Origin: Patescibacteria group bacterium
GTDB lineage: Bacteria; Patescibacteriota; Patescibacteriia; GWA2-46-9
Assembly (NCBI GenBank): GCA_041675205.1
Contig: JBAYUF010000001.1
Coordinates: 148,863 to 212,862 of the forward strand
DNA length: 64,000 nucleotides
Direction: 5' to 3'
A program made the position numbers and the translations under genes. The notes beneath the pieces were generated by a model. The model saw nothing but the letters and a program-made list of their open reading frames with translations. It was not told the DNA's origin and did not search any database. Below are positions 27,416 to 36,889 of the stretch, in pieces; position 1 is the first letter of the stretch; each line of letters starts with the position of its first letter.

Positions 27416-29488
27416 ATGAAAATTAGATCAATAAAAATATCAAACATTCTAAGTTTTGAGTACAAAGATGATATTGACCTCTGTGAATCGATCGTTTTTA
27501 ATAAGAACGTTAATATTCTGATAGGTCCAAACGGAGTCGGGAAAAGTAATTTTTTGGAAATTATCAATCAAATTTTTAAAAGAATTTTATTTAAGCAGCC
27601 TGATTTCGATTTCGATACTATTTCAAAGCACGAGAACAATCCGGCCGATACTTCTTTGAATCAAACTTTGGATTTGACGCGTCGCTCCGTGAGTCATTTA
27701 AAAAAAAATAAATACAGTAGTTCAAAAATTAAAAAAATTAAAATAGAAATTCTGCTTAATGATAACGATGTTAGCAATTTGAAATTTATTCATTCAAATG
27801 CGGATAAGATAAATGATATTTTGAATAAATATTCACGTATAAAGCTAAATTTTGATGGTAAAATTATTTTTGACGACATTGAAAAGATCAAGTCCCTCAC
27901 CCTTATTTTGGAAGATAAAGAGGATACTAACATTTTTTCTATTTCAGAGTTGTCCGGTAGCACGGCTGGAACTTTTATAACAAAATATTTCGAGTATTTC
28001 GAGTTTGTTCAGAAAATTATTTTCATTGCAAATGAACGAGAAGGTGAAAGTTGGTCAGAGCTTAAAACAAGCTTCGTTTTAATAGGTTGCTACCGTAACT
28101 ATAATAGTTTTTCTAACTCTTATAGTCTTAGTGGTTATCTTGTTAATGCCATCAGGGATGTTGAGAACAAACGAAAAGAAGAAAATACTAAGAGCGCCGA
28201 TGTTGCGGAACCACTAGTTTTCGAGATGGTAAAAAAGATTTTATCATATCGACATTCTCAGCTCCTTTTTTCAGAACAGTTAAACGCTGAAGGAGTATCA
28301 AAAAAAATAAAAGAGGAGCCGTTGCTGACGAATATTAACAATTTATTAAAGCAACTCCCTCTTCAATTAGAATTGAATATTGTAAAGAAGAATCCTCACG
28401 ATATCGTTCATCAAATTTTTTTTATTGACCTCAGGGATCAAAAGAGAATCGAAGTTGAAGAATTGAGCGCTGGACAAAAGAGTGTCCTGCATTTTTTCTT
28501 CAGCATATTTGGATACGATTTAAGTAATGGTCTGCTCATTATTGATGAACCGGAACTTCATCTACATCCACAAATTCAAGAGCAGTACATGTTGTTAATT
28601 GAAAAAGTAGCCCTCGATAATGACATGCAGTTTATTCTGGCGACTCATTCTCCAATTTTTGTATCACGAGAAACAATTAATAATGTCTTCAGATTTAGTA
28701 AGGCTACTCACTTCACGCACGTATCCCATCCTCCCATAGCAGCTTCTGACCAAGAATTGGTCAGAATATTAAATTATACTAATAGCTCAAAAATTTTCTT
28801 TTCTAAAAAAGTTGTACTTGTCGAAGGCGAGTCCGATGAATTTTTTTACCGAAGATTTTATGAGCACTTACAAAAGCAGAATAGAGGAGATGATAATATC
28901 GAATTTCTTGCAATAAAAGGGAAGGGCGCAAAGGAGCTATGGTTTGATTTTTTACAAAAATTTGACGTAATGACCTTCTTTATTGGCGACTGGGATAATA
29001 TTATTGAGTCAGGTCTGCTAAGTAATTCAGAGTTAGAGAAATATAAAAATAATTTTAGACAACAGGCCTTTAAGGGAATTGATAGTGGTGTTTTTTTGCA
29101 AAAAAACAGTAAGGATCGAATAATTTTATTAGAAAATTTGAAAAAATATCTCGAAAAAAATGACCCAAATCTCTTGTCTAGTTTGAGGGATCTTATTGAT
29201 TACTTAACGATAAGACACTTGCCCTGCAGAGAGATTGTTGAGTTTATAAATTTAAACGATCGATCAACTTTAGCCAGCCTCAATGTTCAGATAGAAAGTT
29301 TATATGCTCAGAATCGCTATTATCTTAAACGGGGCGAATTGGAAGATTATCTAGGATTACGAACGAAAAGCTTGCAAGATGTTATCTATTTCATTGAGAA
29401 TGATTTTAATTCCTGGTTAGCGAATACTTCCTTCAAATCGGAAGTTGAAGAGATTACTCAAATATTCTCTGACATTATTAGAAAATGA
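27416..29488 (+). CDS. OLD-family ATP-dependent nuclease: ABC-type ATPase fused to a C-terminal Toprim domain
   Basis: Walker A GPNGVGKSN. ABC signature LSAGQKS. Walker B LLIIDEPELHLHP. H-loop LATHSP. Toprim Glu in VVLVEGESDEF and DxD in FFIGDWDN. About 30% GC. Confidence 0.8.
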   Translation: MKIRSIKISNILSFEYKDDIDLCESIVFNKNVNILIGPNGVGKSNFLEIINQIFKRILFKQPDFDFDTISKHENNPADTSLNQTLDLTRRSVSHLKKNKYSSSKIKKIKIEILLNDNDVSNLKFIHSNADKINDILNKYSRIKLNFDGKIIFDDIEKIKSLTLILEDKEDTNIFSISELSGSTAGTFITKYFEYFEFVQKIIFIANEREGESWSELKTSFVLIGCYRNYNSFSNSYSLSGYLVNAIRDVENKRKEENTKSADVAEPLVFEMVKKILSYRHSQLLFSEQLNAEGVSKKIKEEPLLTNINNLLKQLPLQLELNIVKKNPHDIVHQIFFIDLRDQKRIEVEELSAGQKSVLHFFFSIFGYDLSNGLLIIDEPELHLHPQIQEQYMLLIEKVALDNDMQFILATHSPIFVSRETINNVFRFSKATHFTHVSHPPIAASDQELVRILNYTNSSKIFFSKKVVLVEGESDEFFYRRFYEHLQKQNRGDDNIEFLAIKGKGAKELWFDFLQKFDVMTFFIGDWDNIIESGLLSNSELEKYKNNFRQQAFKGIDSGVFLQKNSKDRIILLENLKKYLEKNDPNLLSSLRDLIDYLTIRHLPCREIVEFINLNDRSTLASLNVQIESLYAQNRYYLKRGELEDYLGLRTKSLQDVIYFIENDFNSWLANTSFKSEVEEITQIFSDIIRK

Positions 29489-30603
29489 CGCACGATCCAT
29501 TAGAACAAATTGAGAAAAATTTGCGCGTTCTTGTGGATGATATATTGACTGATAAATTCGGACCTCTGTGGACTGAAGTTGCCGGTTTGGGTCCCGATTG
29601 GATCAAAAAGATGCAAGAAAAAACTATTGCAGATAAGACAGCGCAAGGAAACACCATCCTGTATGAAAAATTAATTTCATATGCTGAATTTGGAGATTTA
29701 ACTAAGCTTTTGCAGTTACACCAAATACTATTCAAGCCAGTTTTTTCTAAATGGGAGAAGTACTTCACCCTTATTAAGATCGCGGAAGAATTAAGAAATA
29801 CCGTAAAGCATCATCGCGATATAAGCCCCGCTCAAGAGAAATTGCTATTCGGTATTGCCGGTGAGATTGATGATGCTATAAATCTGTGGAGAATTGGTGC
29901 AAGATTAAATATAAAAAGGCTGGTATTTGGCTTTTCTGATTATATACCAACACAACATAAATCTGACGAAGAAATATTAAGAGAATCAGAAAGAAGCATT
30001 CTCGATTGGCAAAAACTGTTTTTAAATTTCTTTGAGGCCAAGGGGCTTGATATAAGTAGAATAGAAAATGTTTATAATTCTCTTAATTTAAAAATAAAGG
30101 GTTATGGTCTTTATCTTCAAACCTCGACCTCTTCACAGCCCAATCCAAACTCTGAAATAAATGGTGTCGAATGTAAGCATATATATACTCAATTGTTGCG
30201 CAACGAAGGTTCTCATATTTCTTTGGATGAATTATTTGCATTTATAAAGAAACAGTATTGGAATATTTCATATGATTTAAGAGATACTATAAATATAGAT
30301 GCCCTTAAAGAATGGTCTAGTGATAGTGCTGGTCGAGAACCTTCTAGTTCAAGCAGATCAAATGGAGTTTACACGGGCATAGAGTATGCTTTGCTGCATG
30401 GAAAAATAAGGATCGGAGCGACAAATTATTCAGACGAAGAAGGCCACGGTGGTAGGTTGCAGATATTCAATGAACAAAATAGCCATGGATGGTTTCCGCA
30501 CAAGATTATAACCCCTCAGCATCTTTTGGGTTTTATTACGGGCAGTGTTACACCCCGATCTATACAATATCTTTTACTCATGTCGTGCAATACCAACGAA
30601 TAA
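29485..30603 (+). CDS. HEPN-domain protein (Swt1-like R-x4-H) with uncharacterised C-terminal domain
   Basis: ATGA overlap with the upstream stop. N-terminal domain carries IAEELRNTVKHHRD (R-x4-H-H), the Swt1-type HEPN signature. Confidence 0.55.
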   Translation: MTHDPLEQIEKNLRVLVDDILTDKFGPLWTEVAGLGPDWIKKMQEKTIADKTAQGNTILYEKLISYAEFGDLTKLLQLHQILFKPVFSKWEKYFTLIKIAEELRNTVKHHRDISPAQEKLLFGIAGEIDDAINLWRIGARLNIKRLVFGFSDYIPTQHKSDEEILRESERSILDWQKLFLNFFEAKGLDISRIENVYNSLNLKIKGYGLYLQTSTSSQPNPNSEINGVECKHIYTQLLRNEGSHISLDELFAFIKKQYWNISYDLRDTINIDALKEWSSDSAGREPSSSSRSNGVYTGIEYALLHGKIRIGATNYSDEEGHGGRLQIFNEQNSHGWFPHKIITPQHLLGFITGSVTPRSIQYLLLMSCNTNE

Positions 30604-30679
30604 CCAATCCAAATTTATTGAGCGAAGTATAATTAATAAGCGTAACAATTTTACCCAAGTCATTTATGGTTAGTGAATT

Positions 30680-30787
30680 AGGACTTTTGTATATTTTTGT
30701 TCGTACTTATTTACATTCTTCAATTTCTCATTTTGGCGATTCATCCAGCGTTGCCTTGATTGACCACGAGGCACGAGAAGGGTACGG
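30680..30787 (+). repeat. ~110-nt intergenic element, copy A (second copy at 33940-34048)
   Basis: AGGACTTTTGTATATTTTTGTTCGTACTT...TTCTTCAATTTCTC...GGCGATTC...GCACGAGAAGGGT, about 70% identical to copy B. Confidence 0.55.
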
Positions 30788-30814
30788 TTACAATGTGATT
30801 TATACGATTTCATT

Positions 30815-33244
30815 ATGAAAAGAACATTCATCAGCGCCTGTTTAGCAGTTTTCATCATTCTTCCTTTTGGGGCGAGTGCTGCAACGCTTTCAAAAAATCC
30901 ATTCTCAGTGATTGATCAGACCGTTTCCATTTATGCGAGTTCGGGGGAGAATTTTGATACACTATCGTCATACAGTTCCGTTTGCTTCAACGATACTAAT
31001 CATTGTTTCCTTAGCACCAGCTTTAGTAGTTCAAGCGTAAAATGGTTATGGACTTCCACCAAAATAACTATCCCCATTCCTTCGGATCTCAACCCAATCG
31101 GGGACATTATCGTCTACAACCAAGGCTCGCGGCAGGTCTGCTATGGGGGAGACTATTGTTATAGCGAAACCTATGCACAAGAGAAGGCTCGAATTAGTTA
31201 TCAGATTCAGCCCGTGATCGTTTCAGTGTCTCCGTTAGTGCCCAAGCAAAATGAACAGGTCGTGATTAATGGTTACGGTTTTGGGCCCACATCGGGTCAG
31301 GTGCTCTTCGATGATTCGGGTGCCTCGGTTATCAACTGGAGCGACCGATCAATTACGGTCATCGCATCGCAGGGGGTAGGCGTGGCAAAAAAAATAAAGG
31401 TAAGCAGTTCAGCCGGAACAAGCACAACCTTCGGACTTTTTGAATATTTAGACCAGATATCTGCACCCCAAGCCTGGCAGACTGTGGGCACTGCCCCCGT
31501 AGTAGTGGCCGTCATCGATGATGGTGTCTATATTAATCATCCGGATCTTTCACCCTATATATGGCGTAATCCTGGTGAGGTGGTGGGTAACGGAATCGAT
31601 GACGATCATAATGGGTACATCGATGATGTGTTGGGCTATAATTTTGTCGATAATTCATCCCGAGTGGATCCTAAGGGCAGTCACGGTACGTTGGTCGCAA
31701 GCACGGTTTTGGCGACCACCGGTCGCGGGGTGATGGGCAATGCTTCAAAGATGAACATTCGCATTATGCCTGTTATCGTGAGTGATGTTCAAGGAAACTC
31801 TTCCTTTCAATCTCTGGCGGCAGGCATTCGCTACGCTGCTGACAATGGTGCGGATGTAATAAATATCAGTCTGGGTAGTCGCGGCACCATTGGTTACACC
31901 GATTCTCTGACGCCCGCAATTCAATATGCTTTTGATCACGGGAAGGTAGTGGTGGTTGCGGGAGGGAACGGGGATTTGCAAGCTAATAATGGTGAGAACC
32001 TTAATTTTACACCCCAGAGCCCAGTCTGCAACAACAATGGGTCACAATTGGCGCTTGGTGTAGGGGCGCTCGATAATACAGACGTGCAAACAAATGGTAG
32101 GGTACGCACGGGTTGGTCAAACCATGGCAGTAATTGTATCAATATTTCTGCGCCCGGAGTGGGTATAGTTGGAGCATCAGTTCCCAGTTTTAATAGCGGT
32201 TCATTTTACAGCCAGGAGGACGGGACTTCTTATTCGAGCCCCATCGTTGCGGGTGTAGCCGCTATGGTGAAAGGGACGACTCCCAAAATGAAAAACTGGG
32301 AAATAATGAATCGTGTTATTGGAACGGCTGATAATATCGATAATGTTAATCTTGGTTTTGCGGGTCAGATCGGAGGGAGAGTAAACGCATACAAAGCTAT
32401 TGGCAATCAATCCACCTCTGGCTCCATTGTGTCTGTCAGCCCTAACGAAGCATTTGCAGGTACTCCGGTGGTAGTTACCATCAAAAATTTTTCTTCGGAT
32501 TATACGCTGCGTATTTCCGGGCAAGGGACACCAGGTGGTAGTACGACTGACTCTCCAATTTCTTGGTCGAGTATCGCACCATTGGCGGCCGATAAGTTCT
32601 CGGTAGTTATTCCAGCAAGCCTGCCGACGGGGACGTATTCTTTCCGTCTAGTTTCTCCGACTGGTAATGAATATGGTACGGGTGAAAATAGTCTACATGT
32701 CACAAATGACGGTCGTTCTGTTCCTAAAAATCCGAGCCCCGAACAAAGCATTCCAACAACGCCTTCAAGTCAGGTGACAGCACCGACTCAAGGCACTCCT
32801 GTGGTAACGCCTAGCACTAAGTCGTTATTGGCCAGGCTGCTAGGTTATATTGTCCTCCAGGTGCAGCAGCATGGGGAAGCGTGGTATATACATCCAGACA
32901 CAGGATTGCGCTACTATATGCAGGATGGTTCAGTGGCTTATCAAATGATGCGGTCATTTGGCCTAGGAATTACAGATACTGATTTGGGCAAAATTCCGAC
33001 TGTGGGTAGTGAGCAAGCGATGAAAGATAGCACGAGCGTTTGTAACGCTAACTCAACCGCTAATAAATTAAAAGGTAAAATTCTTCTGCAGGTTCAACAG
33101 CATGGCGAAGCTTGGTATGTCCACCCAGATAAGTGTCGTAGAATATATATGAAAGATGGGGGTGTTGCTTATCAGATAATGCGATTCTTGAGCCTGGGCA
33201 TCACGAATACTGATTTGACTAAGATACCTGAGGGGAGTTTATGA
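30815..33244 (+). CDS. secreted subtilisin-like serine protease (S8) with Ig/IPT-like domains and two C-terminal GEAWY modules
   Basis: Signal peptide. Catalytic Asp VAVIDDGVYINHPD, His GSHGTLVAST, Ser GTSYSSPIVAG. C-terminal repeats ...QQHGEAWYIHP.../...QQHGEAWYVHP... Confidence 0.85.
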   Translation: MKRTFISACLAVFIILPFGASAATLSKNPFSVIDQTVSIYASSGENFDTLSSYSSVCFNDTNHCFLSTSFSSSSVKWLWTSTKITIPIPSDLNPIGDIIVYNQGSRQVCYGGDYCYSETYAQEKARISYQIQPVIVSVSPLVPKQNEQVVINGYGFGPTSGQVLFDDSGASVINWSDRSITVIASQGVGVAKKIKVSSSAGTSTTFGLFEYLDQISAPQAWQTVGTAPVVVAVIDDGVYINHPDLSPYIWRNPGEVVGNGIDDDHNGYIDDVLGYNFVDNSSRVDPKGSHGTLVASTVLATTGRGVMGNASKMNIRIMPVIVSDVQGNSSFQSLAAGIRYAADNGADVINISLGSRGTIGYTDSLTPAIQYAFDHGKVVVVAGGNGDLQANNGENLNFTPQSPVCNNNGSQLALGVGALDNTDVQTNGRVRTGWSNHGSNCINISAPGVGIVGASVPSFNSGSFYSQEDGTSYSSPIVAGVAAMVKGTTPKMKNWEIMNRVIGTADNIDNVNLGFAGQIGGRVNAYKAIGNQSTSGSIVSVSPNEAFAGTPVVVTIKNFSSDYTLRISGQGTPGGSTTDSPISWSSIAPLAADKFSVVIPASLPTGTYSFRLVSPTGNEYGTGENSLHVTNDGRSVPKNPSPEQSIPTTPSSQVTAPTQGTPVVTPSTKSLLARLLGYIVLQVQQHGEAWYIHPDTGLRYYMQDGSVAYQMMRSFGLGITDTDLGKIPTVGSEQAMKDSTSVCNANSTANKLKGKILLQVQQHGEAWYVHPDKCRRIYMKDGGVAYQIMRFLSLGITNTDLTKIPEGSL

Positions 33245-33762
33245 ATAAATTAATCTTACCAGCAGCCATACTACTATCCAGTATTATTTTGGGCGGATTT
33301 TATTACGCTGCTGAAATTAATGAGCAGAGTTCAATTGAAAGACAACAAGAAGTAACAATTAAAAAAGAAAAAAGCATTGAAGAAACTAGACCGCAATTAC
33401 AACAGAAAGTTGAGGATCAGGAGGAAATTATGAACGAAAAACCAGTCGATATTTACCCGCAAAATAATAATGACCAGATTCTCATTAACTATAGATTGGA
33501 TGTCCAAAATGGAGATGATATGAGAAATAGTTTATTAGAGACTGCCTTTAATTCGCCAGAACAAATGTGTCCCAGTGTCATTGCCACTATGGCTACACGG
33601 CAACATGCCTATTATTATGTTTTAGACGATATTGCCAAACTTACATTAAAGTATGGTCAATATCGTGGATCGATTAACTATATAAAAAACAATCTTGATG
33701 GTTTGGATAATGTAATTTCAATTGTTAAAGATCAATGTGCTTCGTTGGGCTACTCATTCTAA
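33241..33762 (+). CDS. hypothetical membrane-anchored/secreted protein
   Basis: ATGA overlap with the protease stop. N-terminal hydrophobic helix. 173 aa. Confidence 0.45.
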   Translation: MNKLILPAAILLSSIILGGFYYAAEINEQSSIERQQEVTIKKEKSIEETRPQLQQKVEDQEEIMNEKPVDIYPQNNNDQILINYRLDVQNGDDMRNSLLETAFNSPEQMCPSVIATMATRQHAYYYVLDDIAKLTLKYGQYRGSINYIKNNLDGLDNVISIVKDQCASLGYSF

Positions 33763-33939
33763 GGTAAGCAAATTAAACCTATTATATTTGAATAATAAGT
33801 TTGGGTCTCATATACCGTTAATCATCACCTCCCCAGTTGCTGCCCAACTGCTGCCCAAAAAGTGACTAAAGTGGATTAGCTTTGACTATGTCTGAGTACG
33901 TTTGAGACAAACCATAAAGTAGATTTCAATCAATGAATC

Positions 33940-34048
33940 AGGACGTTTATTTATTTTTGTTCGCACTTTTTTGTTTTCTTCAATTTCTCTCTGGGGCGAT
34001 TCGATTCCTACCGCCCCTGGCAAGTTGAGCTAGCACGAGAAGCGTTGT
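33940..34048 (+). repeat. ~110-nt intergenic element, copy B
   Basis: AGGACGTTTATTTATTTTTGTTCGCACTT...TTCTTCAATTTCTC...GGGGCGATTC...GCACGAGAAGCGT. It contains the hairpin GGGGCG-N13-CGCCCC. Confidence 0.55.
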
Positions 34049-34146
34049 TTCAAGACGACACTCTTTAGAGATCGCCCCACGATTTTAGGTTGCGAAAACA
34101 TTCCCTTTCTGTTGTCGCAGCTACGTTGTGGTGCTATATTTAATGC

Positions 34147-34629
34147 ATGTCAGTTAAAAAATTTGGTTGGTATTACGTTGTCATTCCGCTTGCTACGTTC
34201 TTTGTTGCTGCCTTAGGCAGCTTGATAACGAGTGATGGAATGCCTTGGTATGCCACGCTCACGTTGCCATCGTGGACGCCACCTGGGCAGGCAATTGGCG
34301 TGGCCTGGACTGCTATTTATATTCTGACCGCCCTTTCGGCGATTTTGGTGTGGCAACATTTTCCAAGAGACAGAACGCTCGCACTCATCACCGGTGCCTA
34401 CGTTGTGAATGCGCTACTCAACATTTTGTGGAGCGCAGTGTTTTTTGGCCAGCATAATTTGGCACGGGCGGTTGATGTTGCCATGCTGCTGAGCTTGTCT
34501 GTGCTCGTCCTCATCATTCTTATCTCAAAGCATTCAAGATTTGCCGCAACGTTACTCGCGCCGTACTTTCTGTGGGCGTCTTTTGCGTCATACCTGTCCT
34601 ATGCAGTTTGGCGGTTGAACGGGGGATAA
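34147..34629 (+). CDS. tspO: TspO/MBR family (tryptophan-rich sensory protein)
   Basis: Five TM helices. W-rich motifs WYATLTLPSWTPPG and WTAIY typical of TspO. Confidence 0.75.
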   Translation: MSVKKFGWYYVVIPLATFFVAALGSLITSDGMPWYATLTLPSWTPPGQAIGVAWTAIYILTALSAILVWQHFPRDRTLALITGAYVVNALLNILWSAVFFGQHNLARAVDVAMLLSLSVLVLIILISKHSRFAATLLAPYFLWASFASYLSYAVWRLNGG

Positions 34630-34653
34630 GGAGTTTCTCCAAAATAAAAACCA

Positions 34654-35103
34654 ATGACGAAGCATCCGCAACAATTATTTTTTAAAGTAGCCGCTCAAAT
34701 AATGCGGTTTAGTTTTGTCATCATTTTTGCGGTTGCAGGTGCGCGTGCCGCCATGGTTGGCATTGGTGCTTTTGCAGACGACCTTGCGCTCACTGGCAGC
34801 CTAGCCGCTATGCCGTATCGCGATGTTGTTACGCACGTCTATACAGCCATGACCGCGCTTGTTTTTACGTTGGCCAGCATCATTCTACTCATGAACCGAC
34901 ATATTTTGGCCGTGTACGCTGTGGTGGCAGGCTTATATGTTACATTTACTGTTTGGCAAGTAGCGGCCGCACCAGATCTTCGAACGAATGTGGCGCAGTA
35001 TGTTCCGACGCTCTTCGCCCTACTATTCGCTTCTGTTTTTGAACATTTGTCACTTCCTTTCGTACAGAAGGAAAAACGAGACATACAACACGTTGATTTC
35101 TAG
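34654..35103 (+). CDS. membrane protein, unknown function
   Basis: 149 aa, four TM helices. Confidence 0.5.
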   Translation: MTKHPQQLFFKVAAQIMRFSFVIIFAVAGARAAMVGIGAFADDLALTGSLAAMPYRDVVTHVYTAMTALVFTLASIILLMNRHILAVYAVVAGLYVTFTVWQVAAAPDLRTNVAQYVPTLFALLFASVFEHLSLPFVQKEKRDIQHVDF

Positions 35104-35137
35104 TGTTTCTAAGGCTATCCTTCACACACTCTGCACT

Positions 35138-35593
35138 ATGAAACCTGACGAACAGCCAGTTACGCTGGAATTTAGCAAAATCACTGACAATATATACATT
35201 GGCAGCAATGCGTGCTGCCAAATTCGTTTTGCTGAGCCATTACTAAAAGAGGGCATTACTGCAGATTTGTCGTTAGAGGAAGACCACGTTGATATGCCGT
35301 TTGGCGTTTCGTTTTATCTGTGGTTGCCAGTCCCAGACATGTTGCCCCCAACCATTGATCAGCTTGAAGTGGGGGTGGCGTATATGACGAAAGTCATCGA
35401 GCTCGGTCACAAGGTACTGGTGCATTGCCGATGGGGCCATGGCCGCGGGCCCACAATGGTGGCGGCGTATTTGGTGCGTACCGGCATGAGTGTTGACGCG
35501 GCTATCCAACTCATGACTGAAAAACGACCGGTCGTTCATATAGAGGTTGAACAGGTTGCCGCACTTCGACAATTTGCGTTGCGAAAGGTATGA
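35138..35593 (+). CDS. dual-specificity (Cys-based) protein phosphatase
   Basis: Active-site P-loop VHCRWGHGRGPT (HCxxGxxR). Confidence 0.7.
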   Translation: MKPDEQPVTLEFSKITDNIYIGSNACCQIRFAEPLLKEGITADLSLEEDHVDMPFGVSFYLWLPVPDMLPPTIDQLEVGVAYMTKVIELGHKVLVHCRWGHGRGPTMVAAYLVRTGMSVDAAIQLMTEKRPVVHIEVEQVAALRQFALRKV

Positions 35594-36885
35594 GTTTTAA
35601 AGAACGTCGTCGTCAATTTGTGCAGACCGTTCGCGTGGGATGGTTTTTGGCATACCGCACATTAAAACGCTCTAGCCGCGCCACGACTGGTCTCATCATA
35701 TTTATTATGGTGCTGACGTTTCTGAACTTGGTGGTGGTGTCAGGGCTCCTCATCGGGCTTATTAGTGGTTCCTTTCAACAGTTTCGTGATGGGTATTCGG
35801 GAGAAATAATGATTACTGCTTCACCAGGGAGAAACTTTATTGAAAATTCACCGGCGCTTGTTAACTATATTGCTGCTCACCCAGACGTGAAGGCAATGTC
35901 TGTTCGGCATACCTCTGGCGTTCAGGTGCTTGGTACGTTGACTGACTTACCGCGGAACGGAGAACGACCAAATCGTATTAGCGTTCGGTTGGTTGGGCTC
36001 AACGTCAAAGATGAAGAATCAGTTACCGGTTTTTCTCGGTTTCTTGTGAAAGGGAACATGTTGGTTGATGGTCAAGAAGGTGGCATCTTAGTTGGTGCCA
36101 ACATGTTGCGGAAATATTCTTCGTTTGCGGACGCTAATATTCCAGGGCTTGATTTGCTCGACGACGTTGACGTTGGTAGCCGGGTACGGGTGAGCCTGAC
36201 GACAGCCGGCGGGGAAAAGGTATCGCAAGAATTTACCGTGCGCGGCATTGTGAAAAGTAAGGTTGATGAAATATCAACGAGATTTTTCGTCACCGATCCA
36301 GAGCTGAAACGAATGCTGCCGGTAAACAAAGAACAGGTGCAAGAAATAGCCATTCGTATGGACTACGCCGAGGCACCGGCGCTTGTAAGCGAGTTACAGG
36401 GGTTTATGGGTGAACATGATGCGCTTATCCAAACGTACGAAGATGCTATTCCGTCTTTTCTTCGTGACATTGAAACCACTATGGGTGTTCTGGGTAACGC
36501 GCTCTCTTCCATAGCGCTCGTAGTTGCTTCCATCACCATCTTTATTGTCATCTTCATTAACGCCATTACTCGAAGGAAGTATATCGGTATTATGAAGGGT
36601 ATCGGTATTAGCCCGCAGGCTATTCAACTCTCATATGTGTTTCAAGCATTTTTCTATGGCATGGTTGGTTCGGTGGTGGGTATTGCGGTGACGTTTGGTT
36701 TTTTAAAGCCATACTTTGCGGCGCACCCCATTAACTTTCCATTTTCTGACGGCATTCTCGTGGCCACACCAGAAGGAGCCGCATTGCGCATCGCTATTTT
36801 GCTGGCTGTTACGTTGGCGGCTGGCTATATTCCGGCTAGACTCATTGTCCGCCGAAATACTTTAGACGCTATTCTTGGTCGCTAA
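35590..36885 (+). CDS. ABC transporter permease, FtsX/MacB/LolCE-like
   Basis: ATGA overlap with the phosphatase stop. N-terminal TM, large periplasmic domain, C-terminal three-TM FtsX domain. Confidence 0.8.
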   Translation: MSFKERRRQFVQTVRVGWFLAYRTLKRSSRATTGLIIFIMVLTFLNLVVVSGLLIGLISGSFQQFRDGYSGEIMITASPGRNFIENSPALVNYIAAHPDVKAMSVRHTSGVQVLGTLTDLPRNGERPNRISVRLVGLNVKDEESVTGFSRFLVKGNMLVDGQEGGILVGANMLRKYSSFADANIPGLDLLDDVDVGSRVRVSLTTAGGEKVSQEFTVRGIVKSKVDEISTRFFVTDPELKRMLPVNKEQVQEIAIRMDYAEAPALVSELQGFMGEHDALIQTYEDAIPSFLRDIETTMGVLGNALSSIALVVASITIFIVIFINAITRRKYIGIMKGIGISPQAIQLSYVFQAFFYGMVGSVVGIAVTFGFLKPYFAAHPINFPFSDGILVATPEGAALRIAILLAVTLAAGYIPARLIVRRNTLDAILGR

Positions 36886-36889
36886 CACT

